Below are positions 13,914 through 25,382 of a DNA stretch of 64,000 nt, piece after piece. The DNA is taken from positions 15,686,001-15,750,000 of the forward strand of contig NC_090341.1 in NCBI RefSeq assembly GCF_035084215.1, given 5' to 3'. A program made the position numbers and the translations under genes. Within the stretch, counting starts at the first letter, position 1, and the number at the start of each line of letters is the position of its first letter. This DNA is from Heptranchias perlo (Eukaryota). The notes below the pieces were generated by a model. It saw only the letters and a program-made list of their open reading frames with translations. It was not told the DNA's origin and made no database searches.

Positions 13914-16900
13914 CCAAACATTTGTCTGAGAGAACTGAGTGCCCAGCTGCAATATCGTACGTTTCATTGAAATGTGTCAGTCACAGGTTTAAAGTGCCAA
14001 ATGAGCTTTGGTTGCAACTCACCTCCGTTTCGATGGCATGTTTCAGAAGCTATGGGAGAAGCATTCAGGAGTAGTTAAATCTGTTTCTGTTGCTGAATCC
14101 ACAAAAGGCTAAGTACCTAAAGTGTTTCAACTACCTGAATTGACCCTTTAAATATCGGCCCACCGGCTTTAAGTGGGGACGGGACTTCTGGGTTTTTGTT
14201 GTGCACGCGCATCCAAACGCACCTGGTTAAACCCGGAAGTGGGCACATTGGAGCTGGGATACAGTCCCGCTCCAAAAAGCTGCTACTTTAACCTCCCACC
14301 CGCCCCCAAAATGCCCATTCTTGGGGGTTAAAATTACCCCCCAAGTCTAAGAGCTCATACATGAAGAAAAGCCACTTCTGTGCGACACCCGAGGGTGCCC
14401 AGTGCCTGTGGAGTTGTACCCCAGCAAGGAGTACATTCCATTCAGGATGGAAAGGGACAAAAGTGGCAGAAAAGGGGGGGAAACATAAATAATGTGCTAT
14501 TATAGGTTTATTATGTATTAAATGTGTTCAGAATATATTTTGTATCACACACGATATGAGAACTATTAAGTTATTTCTCCATCTGATCTATTTTTGTTCC
14601 CCTGGCATAAGTCTTCCTTTTCTATACAAGGGAGTTTCCTTCACTACATGGGTCACTGCACAACTCATCCAAGTTCCATCATGGAGATCAGCAATCCTGG
14701 CTCATTTTTCTCTCCTCTCAGGCTTATTGTTCTGTCTCCACATCTCCTTTATCTTCTCAGACTCCACCGCTCCCATATGTACTATGAAGCATGATATTGA
14801 GTATGGTGTAGAACCGCTACTTTACCATACATGAGAAATAAAAAAGACATGGGGGAAAATATTGGATAGGGGCCGTTTTTGGGCGTAGGTAGCGTGATGT
14901 GCCATTATCCCGCGCCTAATGGCCCCTGCGCAGGCAGGACGAGATTTTCGTCAGGCCTGAGGACTCCCCTGCAATCTGCGTTGGAAATCAGCGTTGAGCA
15001 AGGATTCCATGCAATTCACACTTTCCACCAGAAGGGGGTGCTTCAATCTCTTAAAGGCAGACTGTCTATTAGAAATCTCTTAAAGGTAGTTGGTACCTGT
15101 TACTTGCTGAATATAATAGCCTGCTGTCTGAACGGAGATCAGACATCGCACACGTAAAGCACAGGTGCAGGTCCCATCCCTATGTTTACATACTGATGAT
15201 TGTAAACAATTTTACAACACCAAGTTATAGTCCAGCAATTTTATTTTAAATTCACAAGCTTTCGGAGATTTTCTCCTTCCTCAGGCAAATGTTTCAAGAT
15301 CTCCTTGAAGCCTACGCATTTATACATATTGAACAATAATACATGGTGTTTACAGACTGCCCCTGCAACTGCCCGTTGCCAAGGCAATCACCGTGTTCAG
15401 ACAGAGAGGTGTTACCTGCAGAACCTCCGAATACACATTCAACAAAAAAACAAACAGGGAAAAAAAAACAGAGAAAAAAAAACACAGAGAGAGGCAGAAA
15501 CATCCGGAAGGCAGAGAGAGCCAGCAATTGACCCATTATATTAAAAACAGATAACATTTGTTCGCTGGTGGGGTAACGTGTAGCGTGACATGAACCCAAG
15601 ATCCCGGTTGAGGCCGTCCTCATGGGTGCGGAACTTGGCTATCAATTTCTGCTCGACGATTTTGCGTTGTCGTGTGTCTCGAAGGCCGCCTTGGAGTACG
15701 CTTACCCGAAGGTCGGTGGATGAATGTCCATGACTGCTGAAGTGTTCCCCGACTGGGAGGGAACCCTCCTGTTTGGCGATTGTTGCGCGGTGTCCGTTCA
15801 TCCGTTGTCGCAGCGTCTGCATGGTCTCGCCAATGTACCATGCTCTGGGGCATCCTTTCCTGCAACGTATGAGGTAGACAACGTTGGCTGAGTCACAGGA
15901 GTATGAACCATGCACCTGGTGGGTGGTGTCATCTCGTGTGATGGTGGTATCTGTGTCGATGATCTGGCATGTCTTGCAGAGGTTACCGTGGCAGGGTTGT
16001 GTGGCGTCGTGGACGCTGTTCTCTTGAAAGCTAGGTAGTTTGCTGCGAACGATGGTCTGTTTGAGGTTGGGTGGCTGTTTAAAGGCGAGTAGTGGAGGTG
16101 TGGGGATGGCCATAGCGAGGTGTTTGTCCTCATTGATGACATGTTGAAGGCTGCGGAGAACATGGCGTAGTTTCTCCGCTCCGGGGAAGTACTGGACGAC
16201 AAAGGGTACTCTGTTGGTTGCGTCCCGTGTTAGTCTCCTGAGGAGGTCTATGCGATTTTTTGCTGTGGCCCGTCGGAACTGTCGATCGATGAGTCGAGCG
16301 TCATATCCCGTTCTTACTAGGGCGTCTTTCAGCGTCTGTAGGTGTCCATCGCGTTCCTCCTCGTCTGAGCAGACCCTGTGTATTCGCAGGGCCTGTCCAT
16401 AGGGGATGGCCTCTTTGACGTGGTTAGGGTGGAAGCTGGAAAAGTGGAGCATCGTGAGGTTGTCCGTGGGCTTGCGGTAGAGTGAGGTGCTGAGGTGCCC
16501 GTCTTTGATGGAGATTCGTGTGTCCAAGAAAGAAACTGATTCTGAGGAGTAGTCCATGGTGAGCTTGATGGTGGGATGGAACTTGTTGATGTTATCGTGT
16601 AGTCTCTTTAGTGATTCCTTGCCGTGGGTCCATAGAAAGAAAATGTCGTCGATGTATCTGGTGTATAGTGTTGGTTGGAGGTCTTGTGCAGTGAAGAAGT
16701 CCTGCTCGAACTTGTGCATGAAAATGTTGGCGTATTGGGGTGCGAATTTGGTCCCCATGGCTGTTCCGTGTGTTTGGGTAAAGAACTGGTTATCGAAGGT
16801 GAAGACATTGTGATCCAGGATGAAGCGGATGAGTTGTAGGATGGCTTCCGGAGATTGGCTGTTGTTGGTGTTGAGTATTGATGCTGTCGCAGCGATGCCG

Positions 16901-19900
16901 TCATCGTGGGGGATACTGGTGTATAGTGCCGAGACGTCCATCGTGGTGAGAAGTGTTCCTGGTTCAACTGGTCCGTGGGTACTGAGTTTTTGTAGGAAGT
17001 CTGTAGTGTCACGACAGAAGCTGGGGGTTCCCTGTACGATGGGTTTCAGGATGCCCTCGATGTATCCAGAGAGGTTCTCACACACGGTTCCGTTGCCTGA
17101 TACGATGGGACGTCCGGGTGTGTTGGCTTTGTGTATCTTTGGGAGGCAGTAGAAGTCTCCCACGCGGGGATTACGTGGGATGAGAATGCGTAGGATGCTT
17201 TGAAGGTCTGGATCGAAGGTCTTGATCAGTTTGTTGAGCTGGTGGGTGTGTTCTTTGGTCGGATCTGCGGGTAACCGTCTGTAGTGTTCCTGGTTGTCCA
17301 GTTGTCGGTATGCTTCTTTGCAATAGTCTGTTCTGTTCTGTATGACTATGGCTCCTCCTTTGTCCGCTGGTTTGATGACGATGTTGCGGTTGGTCTTGAG
17401 AGCGTTGATGGCGTTGCGTTGTGCTCGGGTGACATTCTGGACTGTCTTCTGAGTGCGGCTGATGAATCTGGCATTGACGCATTTCCTGACAGTGGTGCGC
17501 AACCTTTATTCAAACATAACTCATACATACTGATGAGTTATGTTTGAATAAAGGTTGCGCACCACTAAATCCCACATCCTCCAATCTGCCGATGAGTCTG
17601 TGAACCAAGGTTCTCTGCTGATGCACCAGAGGCCTTGGTGCAAGAGGTGGACAGAAGGAGGGACATCCTATATCCGCAGGGGGGTTGGGGGGGGGGGGAA
17701 GAGCAAGAGGCCCTCCAGACATACATCCAAAAGGCAGTGGGAGGCAGTACAGGATGAAGTCATTGCCAGGCGCACAGCATCATGAACATGGATGCAGTAC
17801 AGGAAGAAGTTCAGTGCTTTGACATGAGTGGTCAAGGTGAGTGAGGTCAAGTGGCATCTCCTACCAACTGCACCACTAGTCGCATCCACTCCTCCATGCA
17901 CTAAACCCCCCAACACCCACCTACCAACAAACTCTTTCCATCAGTACGCAACTCTTCCAATCAGATGCTTCCTCTCACCCTCACACATTACCACTGTTGC
18001 AAGCCGCAGGCCACGCACACTGGCAGCTATTCATACATGACAGGCGCATTACCCAGACACACGTCCCGCTTTCTTGCAGGAGAAGGTAGTGCATACCATT
18101 AGGCAGCAAGTGGCAGTGATATTCAGCCCCTCGAGCCTGTTCCGCCATTCAATGAGATCATGGTGGACCTGTGACCTAACTCCTTAGCCCCCTGTCCCTT
18201 AATACCCTTGGTTCACAGAAATCTATCAATCTCAGATTTAGAATTCACAGTTGAGCTAGCATCAACTGCCGTTTGCAGAAGAACTTCCCAAACTTCTCCC
18301 AACCTTTGCATGTAGAAACATTTCCTAACTTCACTCCTGCATGTCTTGGCTCTAAATGCTAGGCTATACCCCCTAGTCCTAGTATTCAAGTATAGGAGAC
18401 CTCCAAAAACAGTTACAAATGTCTCGGTATAATCCAGCCACTAACCTGTAAATCCTGCATGGTCCCTTTAAATAGAACCAGTGGGGGGTCCTCCAGGCAT
18501 TCTAAGACATGTTCAGATGGTTGGGGTTAAGACTGCGTGAGTTGAGCATTAAGACCTAAAATGGTGTGTATCACTTTAAATCAGCATTGTACACTGATTG
18601 AAGCCATTTTCTCCCTACTTTATATGATTCCAACGTTCATTATCTGCGCCTGCGCTAACTCCTATACTAAGATGGCGTCTGGCGCACGTCACGCTGGAAA
18701 CATGCGTGCACATCCAAGACGTCATCTTGGAGGTCAGAGAGGCCGTTGTTTCGGCGCTACACAGCCCAATTTAGCGTCCATGCTCTCTGTAATCTCTTCT
18801 ATATAAGATTTACATGTTTTTAGCATCCTGCTCATCACATTTCAAATGTTCAGCATGCTTCAGACATAATGCACAGTCTAATACAAATTTCTGTTTCCCA
18901 ATTACCAGATTTGTCGTTCCTCAAAATAAATATCTTCCTATTGATTGGCTTATATGCAAATTTATTAATTCTAATTGGAATTTCAATTGTAATTCAGTTT
19001 TATAAGTAAGAAAAAAAGCACATCATTTATGCAGCACCTTTTACATTGTCCCAAAACACTTCTCAGGAAATGAAGTATTCTTGTAGGCAAACACGGCAGC
19101 CAAGTTGTGCACAGCAAGGTCCTGCAAACAGCAATGAGATAAATAACCAGATGATCTGTTTTAATGGTGTTGGTTGAGGCATAAATGTTGGCCAGGACAC
19201 ATTTTCAACAAGGGAAAGGTGAACCAACCAACATGTTCAGAACATTACTTGAAAATGTTTTTGTTTGCCACTTTGTATCTCAGTAACTGAAATCCCTACA
19301 GTCCAAAATAAGGTTATTAAAATACTAATTTTGGAGAAAAATCACACTTTTCATTAACACACTTTTTTTTGTGTTTTCTAGAACACGTATTTGGGCTTCC
19401 TTGATTATAAAAAGGAAACCATTAGAAAACTTGGTATGAAGGCGGGCACGTGCTCCTTCAATCCTGGTGTTTTTGTAGCTAACCTCACAGAGTGGAAGCA
19501 ACAGAACATCACAGAACAGCTTGAAAAATGGATGGAAGTCAATATGGTGTAAGTTTACAATAGTTACATATTTTCATATGGCAAAATCAGTTATATTTTG
19601 CAGTTATAGTATCCTTCTGACCTTATTCTTGGAGAAACTGAGGTATTTCATGCTGTTATGTTGCATCAATATTAAATGAATAGGGTTTCTTGCATTCAAT
19701 GAGTAGAGGTAACTGGAAACTTTTGCAGACTTAAACATTATGATTTTCATTAATTATAGCAGTTTATAGTCTTCGAATCCTGAAGACTGTATTTTACTCA
19801 AAATATGCAGTTGCATAATTTGTATTTGAAAATTTAACTTTTAGTGCTTAACATTGTAAACCACAATTAGAGGAACTTAAAGGCTTTCCTCATTTATTAG

Positions 19901-22900
19901 TTTTCTCTCAATGAAGAAGGTCTGAAGTTCCAACATCACATTCCTGTGGCCACAGATTAATTTCTTCAGCAAGAAATAATATAAATTCAAACATAAACTG
20001 ACTTTTAAATATGTTCTTTATAGTTGAATATAGAAGAAACACATTGGATCATTTTTATGGTGTGTGAGCTAATTACTTCACTACACTGCTTCCCTCTCCA
20101 CCCACTGCAGTTGGGAATTAATAGATATATATCTCCTTATTCTGACAGGGAGAATTTGTATGGTGGTGCTCTGGCCGGCAGTGTTACAACACCACCTATG
20201 CTCTTGGTGTTCTATAAACAGTACTCTTCCATTGATCCATTATGGCATGTGAGGCATCTTGGTAAGTTTTCAGTTTTAAAAAAATGTAAATATTGTTTAA
20301 CACAGCCAGGGCTACCAGCGATATTACCATATATACTAATATGGCTGTATTCTATGATGCTGTGATTTTCATTCATATTGCGATAACCATCAAAGTGATG
20401 TATTGCAACTGAGCAAAGATTGTGCTCAAAACCTGATGATCTGCAACCAAAGATGACCTGCGGATGATTTTTTAAAAATTACTTTTTAAACAAATAATAA
20501 CTCACTCAGTTCCTCCTAGTTCAGGCATTTTAGCTGAGCACTCATATATGAACCGGTCATTGTGTTTATTTTGTCACATGATTAGAGAAATGAAAGAAAT
20601 CTTGTCCAAGGGGAAACATTCGCAGGTACTGTTGGGAAAGAATAAATTTGGTTTTGCTGACATTTAGCTCAAGGACATTTCAGCTCATTTATAACTTGAT
20701 ACAGAGGGCTAATACAGCATCAGCCTTTGAGTTGAAGATGGAGGCAGAAAAATAGCGTTAGGTATCATTAAGTGTACATGTAAAGGTTGACCCTTTGCTT
20801 GCAGATGATATTGCTTATAGGTAGCATTTGAATGATAAAAAAGGGACCGTGTGGAGATGGGAGGAATAATGGTCATAGATGTCAGAATGCAGTACTTCAA
20901 ATGCGGTCTAATCAGTGCTTTATACAACTGTAGCATAATTTCCACCCATTTGTATTACAGCCCTCTTGAGATGAAAGCTAACATTCCATTAGCCTTTTAA
21001 ATTATTTTTTGTACCTGTCCACTAGTTTTCAGTGATTTCTGTACATGGACCCCTCATTCTATCTGCTTCTCACCATTTAGAAAATACTCTGATCTATCTT
21101 AGGTCCAAAGTGGATGACCATGCACTTCTCCACGTTGAACTCCATCTGCCACAGTTTTGCCCACTCACTTAATCTATCAATGTCCCTTTGCAACTTTCTG
21201 CTCCCATCTACACTACTTACTGTGCCACCAAACTTAGTGTCATCAGCAAACTTGGATATACAGCTCTCTATTCCTTCCTCTAAGTCATTTCTAAATATAG
21301 TGAAAAGCTGAGGCCCCAGTACAGATCCCCAGGGGACACCATTAGTCATATCCTGCCAATTGGAGCACATATCCATTATCCCTACTCTGTATCCTACCTC
21401 CTAACCAATCCCCAACCCATGTCAAAAGGTTGCCTCCAATTCCATGTGCTTCAATTTTTTCTAACCATCTTTTGTGTCATACCAGTATCTTCCAAAGCCA
21501 TAATGTATTTGTCCTTATGTGGTGGTTTGTGGTGTTCAGACTTTGACATTATACAGACTACAGTTCATGAGTTAGCACATCCACAGCACAATTTATTTTG
21601 TAGTCAGTGATGAACAGTAACAATAGTTGCACAGGAAGAGGAAGGTCAAGGAAAAGTAAGTAAATTGCCTGCATTATACAATTTATATAAAATCATCTGA
21701 ATCCATAGTGGATAATTAAATATAAAGACCATTTAGAAGATGATTTGAGGGTGGTAGGAGTAGGGGGTATTTGTGATGGAAAGGAAAGGATATAGGGTTA
21801 GAAACTCAGGTCAAGCTCAAATAGGACAACGAGGTTGCGGACAGCCTGTTTCAACCTAAGACAGTGGCTAGAGAAGGGGATAGAATTAGTGGCAAGGGTA
21901 CGGAGCTTGTGGTAGGGGCCGAAGATGATGGCTTTGGTCTTCCCCATGTTTAACTGGAGGATATTGCAGCTCATCTGAGGCTGGATGTTGGACAGTGACA
22001 ATATAGACAGTGGAGGGGTCGGGAGATAGAGCGGAGTGTTGGCAGCGTACATGTGGAGCCTGACCCCATGTGTTCACATATTGCCGCTAAGGGGCAGCAT
22101 GTAAATGATGAGGACTGATGAATACAGTCCGACAGTTTGTCTGGTACAGGTGTGGTACATCAGGCCCCGTCGCTGCAAGTCTACCTTGGGGGATTTGGTG
22201 CAAGGAGTCAGTTTCATGCTAGCACTTGCATAACAGAGATAATAGGCACATGATGGAATGTTGACCACTCTGGAAAAGCTCCTCTCCAAATACCGATATT
22301 CTTCCACTTCACTCACCTTTGTCTATTGCATCTTTACTCGGTCATGGCATTGTGAATGAATTTTGTTCAGACCTTTACGCCCAAGTGCTGAGCTCCTAAC
22401 TCAACATACTTCCTTGCAATGTCTCTCTTTTTTCACATTTTTTATTAAAACTTGTTACAATGGGCATGCTGCTTTAAAGGTGGAGCTGCAATATATTGTC
22501 AGACTGATGAGATGTAAGTTTATGACTGCAGTTCCCAACTAAGACACTCGTTTGCCAGATCAAGTATGGTATTGAAAAGAGGCCAAGGGTCTGGTGGATG
22601 CATGGTGTAGGGAGATTGTGTAGTGGAAGTGTTTGCGTTCACTGTAGTCCTTTTTTTTTTAAAAACTGATTTTTAAATAAAAGTTGCATAAACAAAGGAT
22701 CAACAGAAAAATCCTTAATTTATGCTCTTAATTAGCTAAGATGCCTTACTTTCATCCTGCAATACCATTCTATCAGAGAATGGTGGTTTGCACAATGCAC
22801 AAACCATACAAGAACTAGTGTTTTTTTGTGTTAATGAAAATAAAATGGTCACTTCCTAATTGTTTTGGGGAACTTTGAGCTTGACCCTAGGAAATTATTT

Positions 22901-23183
22901 TCTACATTCAAATATGGTTTAGAAGTGAATTTGATTACAGTATCACAGAGACTATTATTTTGATTCCACTAATGCTTAATTTTGTTCTGAAGGGTCTAAT
23001 GCCGGTACCAGATATTCATCGCATTTTATTAAAGCTGCCAAGTTGCTGCACTGGAATGGACGATTCAAACCCTGGGGTCGTACCTCATCTTACAGTGACA
23101 TTTGGGATAGATGGTACATTTCTGACCCTACTGGAAAATTCCATCCAGTACGTCGACATGCTGAGGATGAGGATGCTCATTAG
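3429..23183 (+). CDS. GLT8D1: Glycosyltransferase 8 domain-containing protein 1 (complete, 9 coding exons)
   Basis: GT-AG exons 3429-3444, 3979-4077, 5090-5291, 5413-5527, 9067-9151, 9602-9714, 19382-19548, 20149-20261 and 22993-23183 join in frame: MSIRKVHILVILL (signal anchor)...EERLGGVIAAMNSI...LTFARFYLP...AIYLDDDVIVQGDI (GT8 DxD)...SFNPGVFVANLTEW...LLHWNGRFKPWGRT...TAG. Matches human GLT8D1. Confidence 0.96.
3520..3920 (+). mobile_element. Old SINE-like repeat; related copies at ~1-130, ~7255-7590 (-) and ~10080-10326 plus ~14341-14470
   Basis: The copies share CTCACACATGAAGAATGG.CACT...GGAACTGTACCCCAGC..GAGTC-type blocks. The 10-14 kb copy is split by a Harbinger element. Confidence 0.55.
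5568..6205 (-). mobile_element. CR1-type LINE 3' fragment
   Basis: Reverse-complement CR1 3' tail and a decayed ORF2 C-terminus, similar to the other CR1 copies here. Confidence 0.8.
8426..8768. mobile_element. MITE-like non-autonomous DNA transposon
   Basis: GGGCCAGTTGTGTTAC (8426) and GTAATATAACTGGCCC (8753-8768) form a 14/16 terminal inverted repeat. No clean TSD. Confidence 0.55.
10327..14340. mobile_element. Decayed PIF/Harbinger DNA transposon (Myb/SANT-like gene on +, DDE transposase on -)
   Basis: Minus-strand fragments GTIDCTHIAI..NRKGYHSINVQLVCDH..FPGSCHDSF..GWL (HARBI1-type DDE, 12470-13760). Plus-strand RSWLTHRKRFNDLTRSGK Myb/SANT-like exon with splice sites. Right TIR GGTTAAAATTACCCC; degenerate left TIR GGCATGATTTTTACC (11/15). 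Inserted into a SINE. Confidence 0.85.
13870..13911. repeat. (CA)n microsatellite
   Basis: Pure CA run seen directly. Confidence 0.95.
15200..17490 (-). mobile_element. Penelope-like retroelement (probably Neptune clade), 5'-truncated, young
   Basis: Intact RT-GIY-YIG ORF plus a 3' terminal repeat with a hammerhead motif. 13-bp TSD TACATACTGATGA at 15187-15199 and 17524-17536. The empty site is visible in the 63.5 kb homologue. Confidence 0.93.
15250..15290 (-). ncRNA. Minimal type I hammerhead ribozyme in the Penelope terminal repeat
   Basis: AUUUGC-CUGAGGA-A-GGAGA AAA UCUCC-GAAA-GCU-U-GUGAAU: core boxes intact, helix I (two G-U pairs), helix II, palindromic AGCU helix III. Confidence 0.8.
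15541..17502 (-). CDS. Penelope-like reverse transcriptase + GIY-YIG endonuclease (653 codons, no native start)
   Basis: Motifs PADKGG, YCLPKIHK..PGRPIVS, DVSALYTSIP, GTAMG..FAPQYANIFM, RYIDDIF, FLD, YRKPTD; Cys linker PCHGNLCKTC; VVYLIRC..WYIGET..RMNGH endonuclease. Confidence 0.93.
   Translation of the reverse strand: MRTTVRKCVNARFISRTQKTVQNVTRAQRNAINALKTNRNIVIKPADKGGAIVIQNRTDYCKEAYRQLDNQEHYRRLPADPTKEHTHQLNKLIKTFDPDLQSILRILIPRNPRVGDFYCLPKIHKANTPGRPIVSGNGTVCENLSGYIEGILKPIVQGTPSFCRDTTDFLQKLSTHGPVEPGTLLTTMDVSALYTSIPHDDGIAATASILNTNNSQSPEAILQLIRFILDHNVFTFDNQFFTQTHGTAMGTKFAPQYANIFMHKFEQDFFTAQDLQPTLYTRYIDDIFFLWTHGKESLKRLHDNINKFHPTIKLTMDYSSESVSFLDTRISIKDGHLSTSLYRKPTDNLTMLHFSSFHPNHVKEAIPYGQALRIHRVCSDEEERDGHLQTLKDALVRTGYDARLIDRQFRRATAKNRIDLLRRLTRDATNRVPFVVQYFPGAEKLRHVLRSLQHVINEDKHLAMAIPTPPLLAFKQPPNLKQTIVRSKLPSFQENSVHDATQPCHGNLCKTCQIIDTDTTITRDDTTHQVHGSYSCDSANVVYLIRCRKGCPRAWYIGETMQTLRQRMNGHRATIAKQEGSLPVGEHFSSHGHSSTDLRVSVLQGGLRDTRQRKIVEQKLIAKFRTHEDGLNRDLGFMSRYTLPHQRTNVICF
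18118..18385 (-). mobile_element. CR1-type LINE 3' tail fragment nested in the Harbinger element
   Basis: ATTCAGCCCCTCGAGCCTGTTCCGCCATTCAATGAGATCATGG tail, similar to the 49.26 kb copy. Confidence 0.7.
20880..21475 (-). mobile_element. CR1 RT fragment
   Basis: ORF 21077-21376 GVPWGSVLGPQLFTIF..ISKFADDTK..WQMEFNVEKC. Confidence 0.88.
21735..22105 (-). mobile_element. L2-type LINE RT fragment
   Basis: ORF 21798-22052 MYAANTPLYL..LSNIQ..NILQLNMGKTKAIIFG..VRNLVVLF, a decayed form of YADDTQLYL..LQLN..KTE..NLGV. Confidence 0.75.
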
Positions 23184-23944
23184 AAGAAAACAAAAATGTG
23201 ACTTCTAAACCATTAACATAACAGGCTTGTACAAAAATAACACCTCAGGAATTCATGACTCATTTGTTTCTAAGACAATGTGCATTCGTATTATGTTTCA
23301 ATATTTAGACTGCATTTTTTTTAACTTCCAATATTGTGGAAAAATTGAGAATTTTTCCTCCAAGGGTTTTAGTAATTCCTGATAGTAGCAATATAAGCTG
23401 TTCAAATCCTGTGTAAACCTGTACTAAGCACTGCAGGCTAAATGTTTTAACCCAGGTAAGAGAACACTATGTGTGTGTGTGTATATATTGTTAAATATTT
23501 GAAGTTTTCCTTTTGTTCGTAAAACTAATTTTGTTCATATCATCTCTGAACTGAAGTTGAATCTAATTTTAGTTCTAAAAATGTACAACAGAATATCCTG
23601 GATGTTATCACCAGAATAACCAAGATGGCAAGTTCTTCTCATTATAAAAGAGATGTTAGGGCAGAGGCCATTTATGACAATAGTTTTAAAACTAGTTCTT
23701 AGTACACATTTCACAGCACAGTAGAAATTTGCATTCTTGCACTTTAAGGGTACATTCACAATATAACTGCAATATCAGTGCACCAATTCTGCAGTTGTAG
23801 AGAAAATGCAGATTGAGTCAAGGGCTGACATTGCATAACTAAATTTGTGTGAATGCACCATAAGTCACCTTAGCAGTACCAGTTTGTAGCTTTCGTATTG
23901 ATTGTTTCAACAGTCATACCTAATGTACTTAAAATTCAATTCAT

Positions 23945-24140
23945 AAATAAAAACAGAAAATGCTGGAAAAGGTCACCAAGTCAAGCAGCATCTGTGGAGA
24001 AAGAAACAAGAGTTAATGTTTCAGGTTAAAGACCTTTGTCAGAACTCTAAAAGGTTAATTGTTTTTTCCTCCACAGATGCTGTCTACCTTGCTGACCTTT
24101 TCCAGCTATTTCAGATTTCCAGCAGCTGCAGTATTTTGCT
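23945..24140. mobile_element. Short palindromic non-autonomous element with a decayed hammerhead core
   Basis: Arms CAGCATCTGTGGAGA / CTCCACAGATGCTG. Minus strand 24010-24047 reads GAGTT-CTGACAA-AGGTCTTTAACCT-GAAA-CATT-AACTC. Same family as 54041-54248. Confidence 0.7.
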
Positions 24141-24666
24141 TATGTTAAGAATTCTTTGCAACAGTTTTATTTTTGAAAGAGGTCCTGGTAAATAGGCATA
24201 TTCAGTTTTTTTCCCATTTTATTTTGCGCTTAATAGAAACTAAAATTTTAGCTAGGCCAAGGACATTTAAGTACTAATGTGGGTAAAGAGAGCCTACCTT
24301 GTAAAATATATTTTACCTTTCAATTGTGTATTAGTTAACCAAGCAGGTAAAAATAAGGTTTGCACTATACCTTTACCTCGAGAAAACAAAAAAAATGAAT
24401 CCTCATCAGTAACTTTTTGAAAGATTTTTTTTAAACCGTTTTAATTTGATTGGGTAGCATAATGGTTTAGCATCTATCTGGAAAGTGAAGTTGAGTTCAG
24501 TTTTCTCCTAGAATGATACAGCATCGAAACATGCCATTCTGACCATTAGGTTTCTTTTCTATGCATACTATAAAGATATGACATCAATTTGTCCAGTTTC
24601 ACTTCATTCTTAGTGACACACTATCCACCCACAGAACAAATCTATACTAACATTAATCACACCAGC

Positions 24667-25382
24667 TGTAAGGATAGTTGTGGTGGTCAGGGGCTGCAGA
24701 AAGTAACCTGACAATGCTGACACACAGGCAAAAGCAACTTTTGAACTGAAGTACCCTGAGTTCAGTCGCTGGCCTGAACCGGTTTGAATTAGCTAAGTTT
24801 TGTGACAGACTAAGGAGATGTGATAAGATACAAGTCCTTATTTAGAAAAGGAGTAATGAGGAGAAGACACAGACTAGGCGAGCAAGCCTAAACCAAAGGG
24901 AGAAAGACAGCACAGCTTGAAGAGATAAGATTCGGAATAAGAATGAAGAATCTGGGGCGTGAAGCCAGAGCGAAGACTCCGGAGACCAACCAGCGCGGAA
25001 GTGGAAGAACCTACGTCAGGGACATAGAGACGACGTCAAGAGAGAGAACGGAACGCCTGGCCAGCGTCAGCTCTCCTTTTTGGGTAGTATCCTTTATATT
25101 CTGTGACCACTCAGGGAGTGTCAGAGAAACCTGGTAGGTGTGCGTTTAGATCCTAGTTTGGGTATAAAACTGTATAACCTGGTGTAAACTACATGTCTAT
25201 ATCTAACCAGACATACAAGCTATATATATGTGATCTAGCGGCGTGAATAAAGTGAATTGAGAGTTAAGAGAGAATTGACTCTTCTCTTTGTACTAAGCCA
25301 GTAACCGTAACCTCTGGTCAACCATTGGTAAGAAAATTGACAGTGAAGTCTACAGTTGAGGTGCATTTCTGACAGGGTTACA
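24667..25382 (+). mobile_element. Possible solo LTR
   Basis: TGTAA...TTACA ends and an internal AATAAA near 25247; composition differs from the flanks. No matching TSD found. Confidence 0.3.

Larger units (their letters stand above)
14852..18779. mobile_element. Non-autonomous Harbinger-type element hosting a Penelope insertion and a CR1 fragment
   Basis: Ends GGGGAAAATATTGG...CCAATTTAGCGTCC, flanked by ATG on both sides (3-bp TSD). Myb/SANT remnant at 17600-17840. Colinear with the copy starting at 63157. Confidence 0.75.

Noticed and set aside
17491-17502. Apparent start (MRTT) of the 653-aa Penelope ORF
   Set aside because: It is a TTG inside the inverted host-flank copy with a stop two codons upstream; not a native start.
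15620-17547. Many overlapping alternative-frame and antisense ORFs over the Penelope ORF
   Set aside because: Shadow ORFs of a GC-rich coding sequence with no independent motifs.
22960-23208. 82-aa ORF over the last GLT8D1 exon
   Set aside because: Wrong frame; the conserved GLT8D1 frame ends at TAG 23181-23183.
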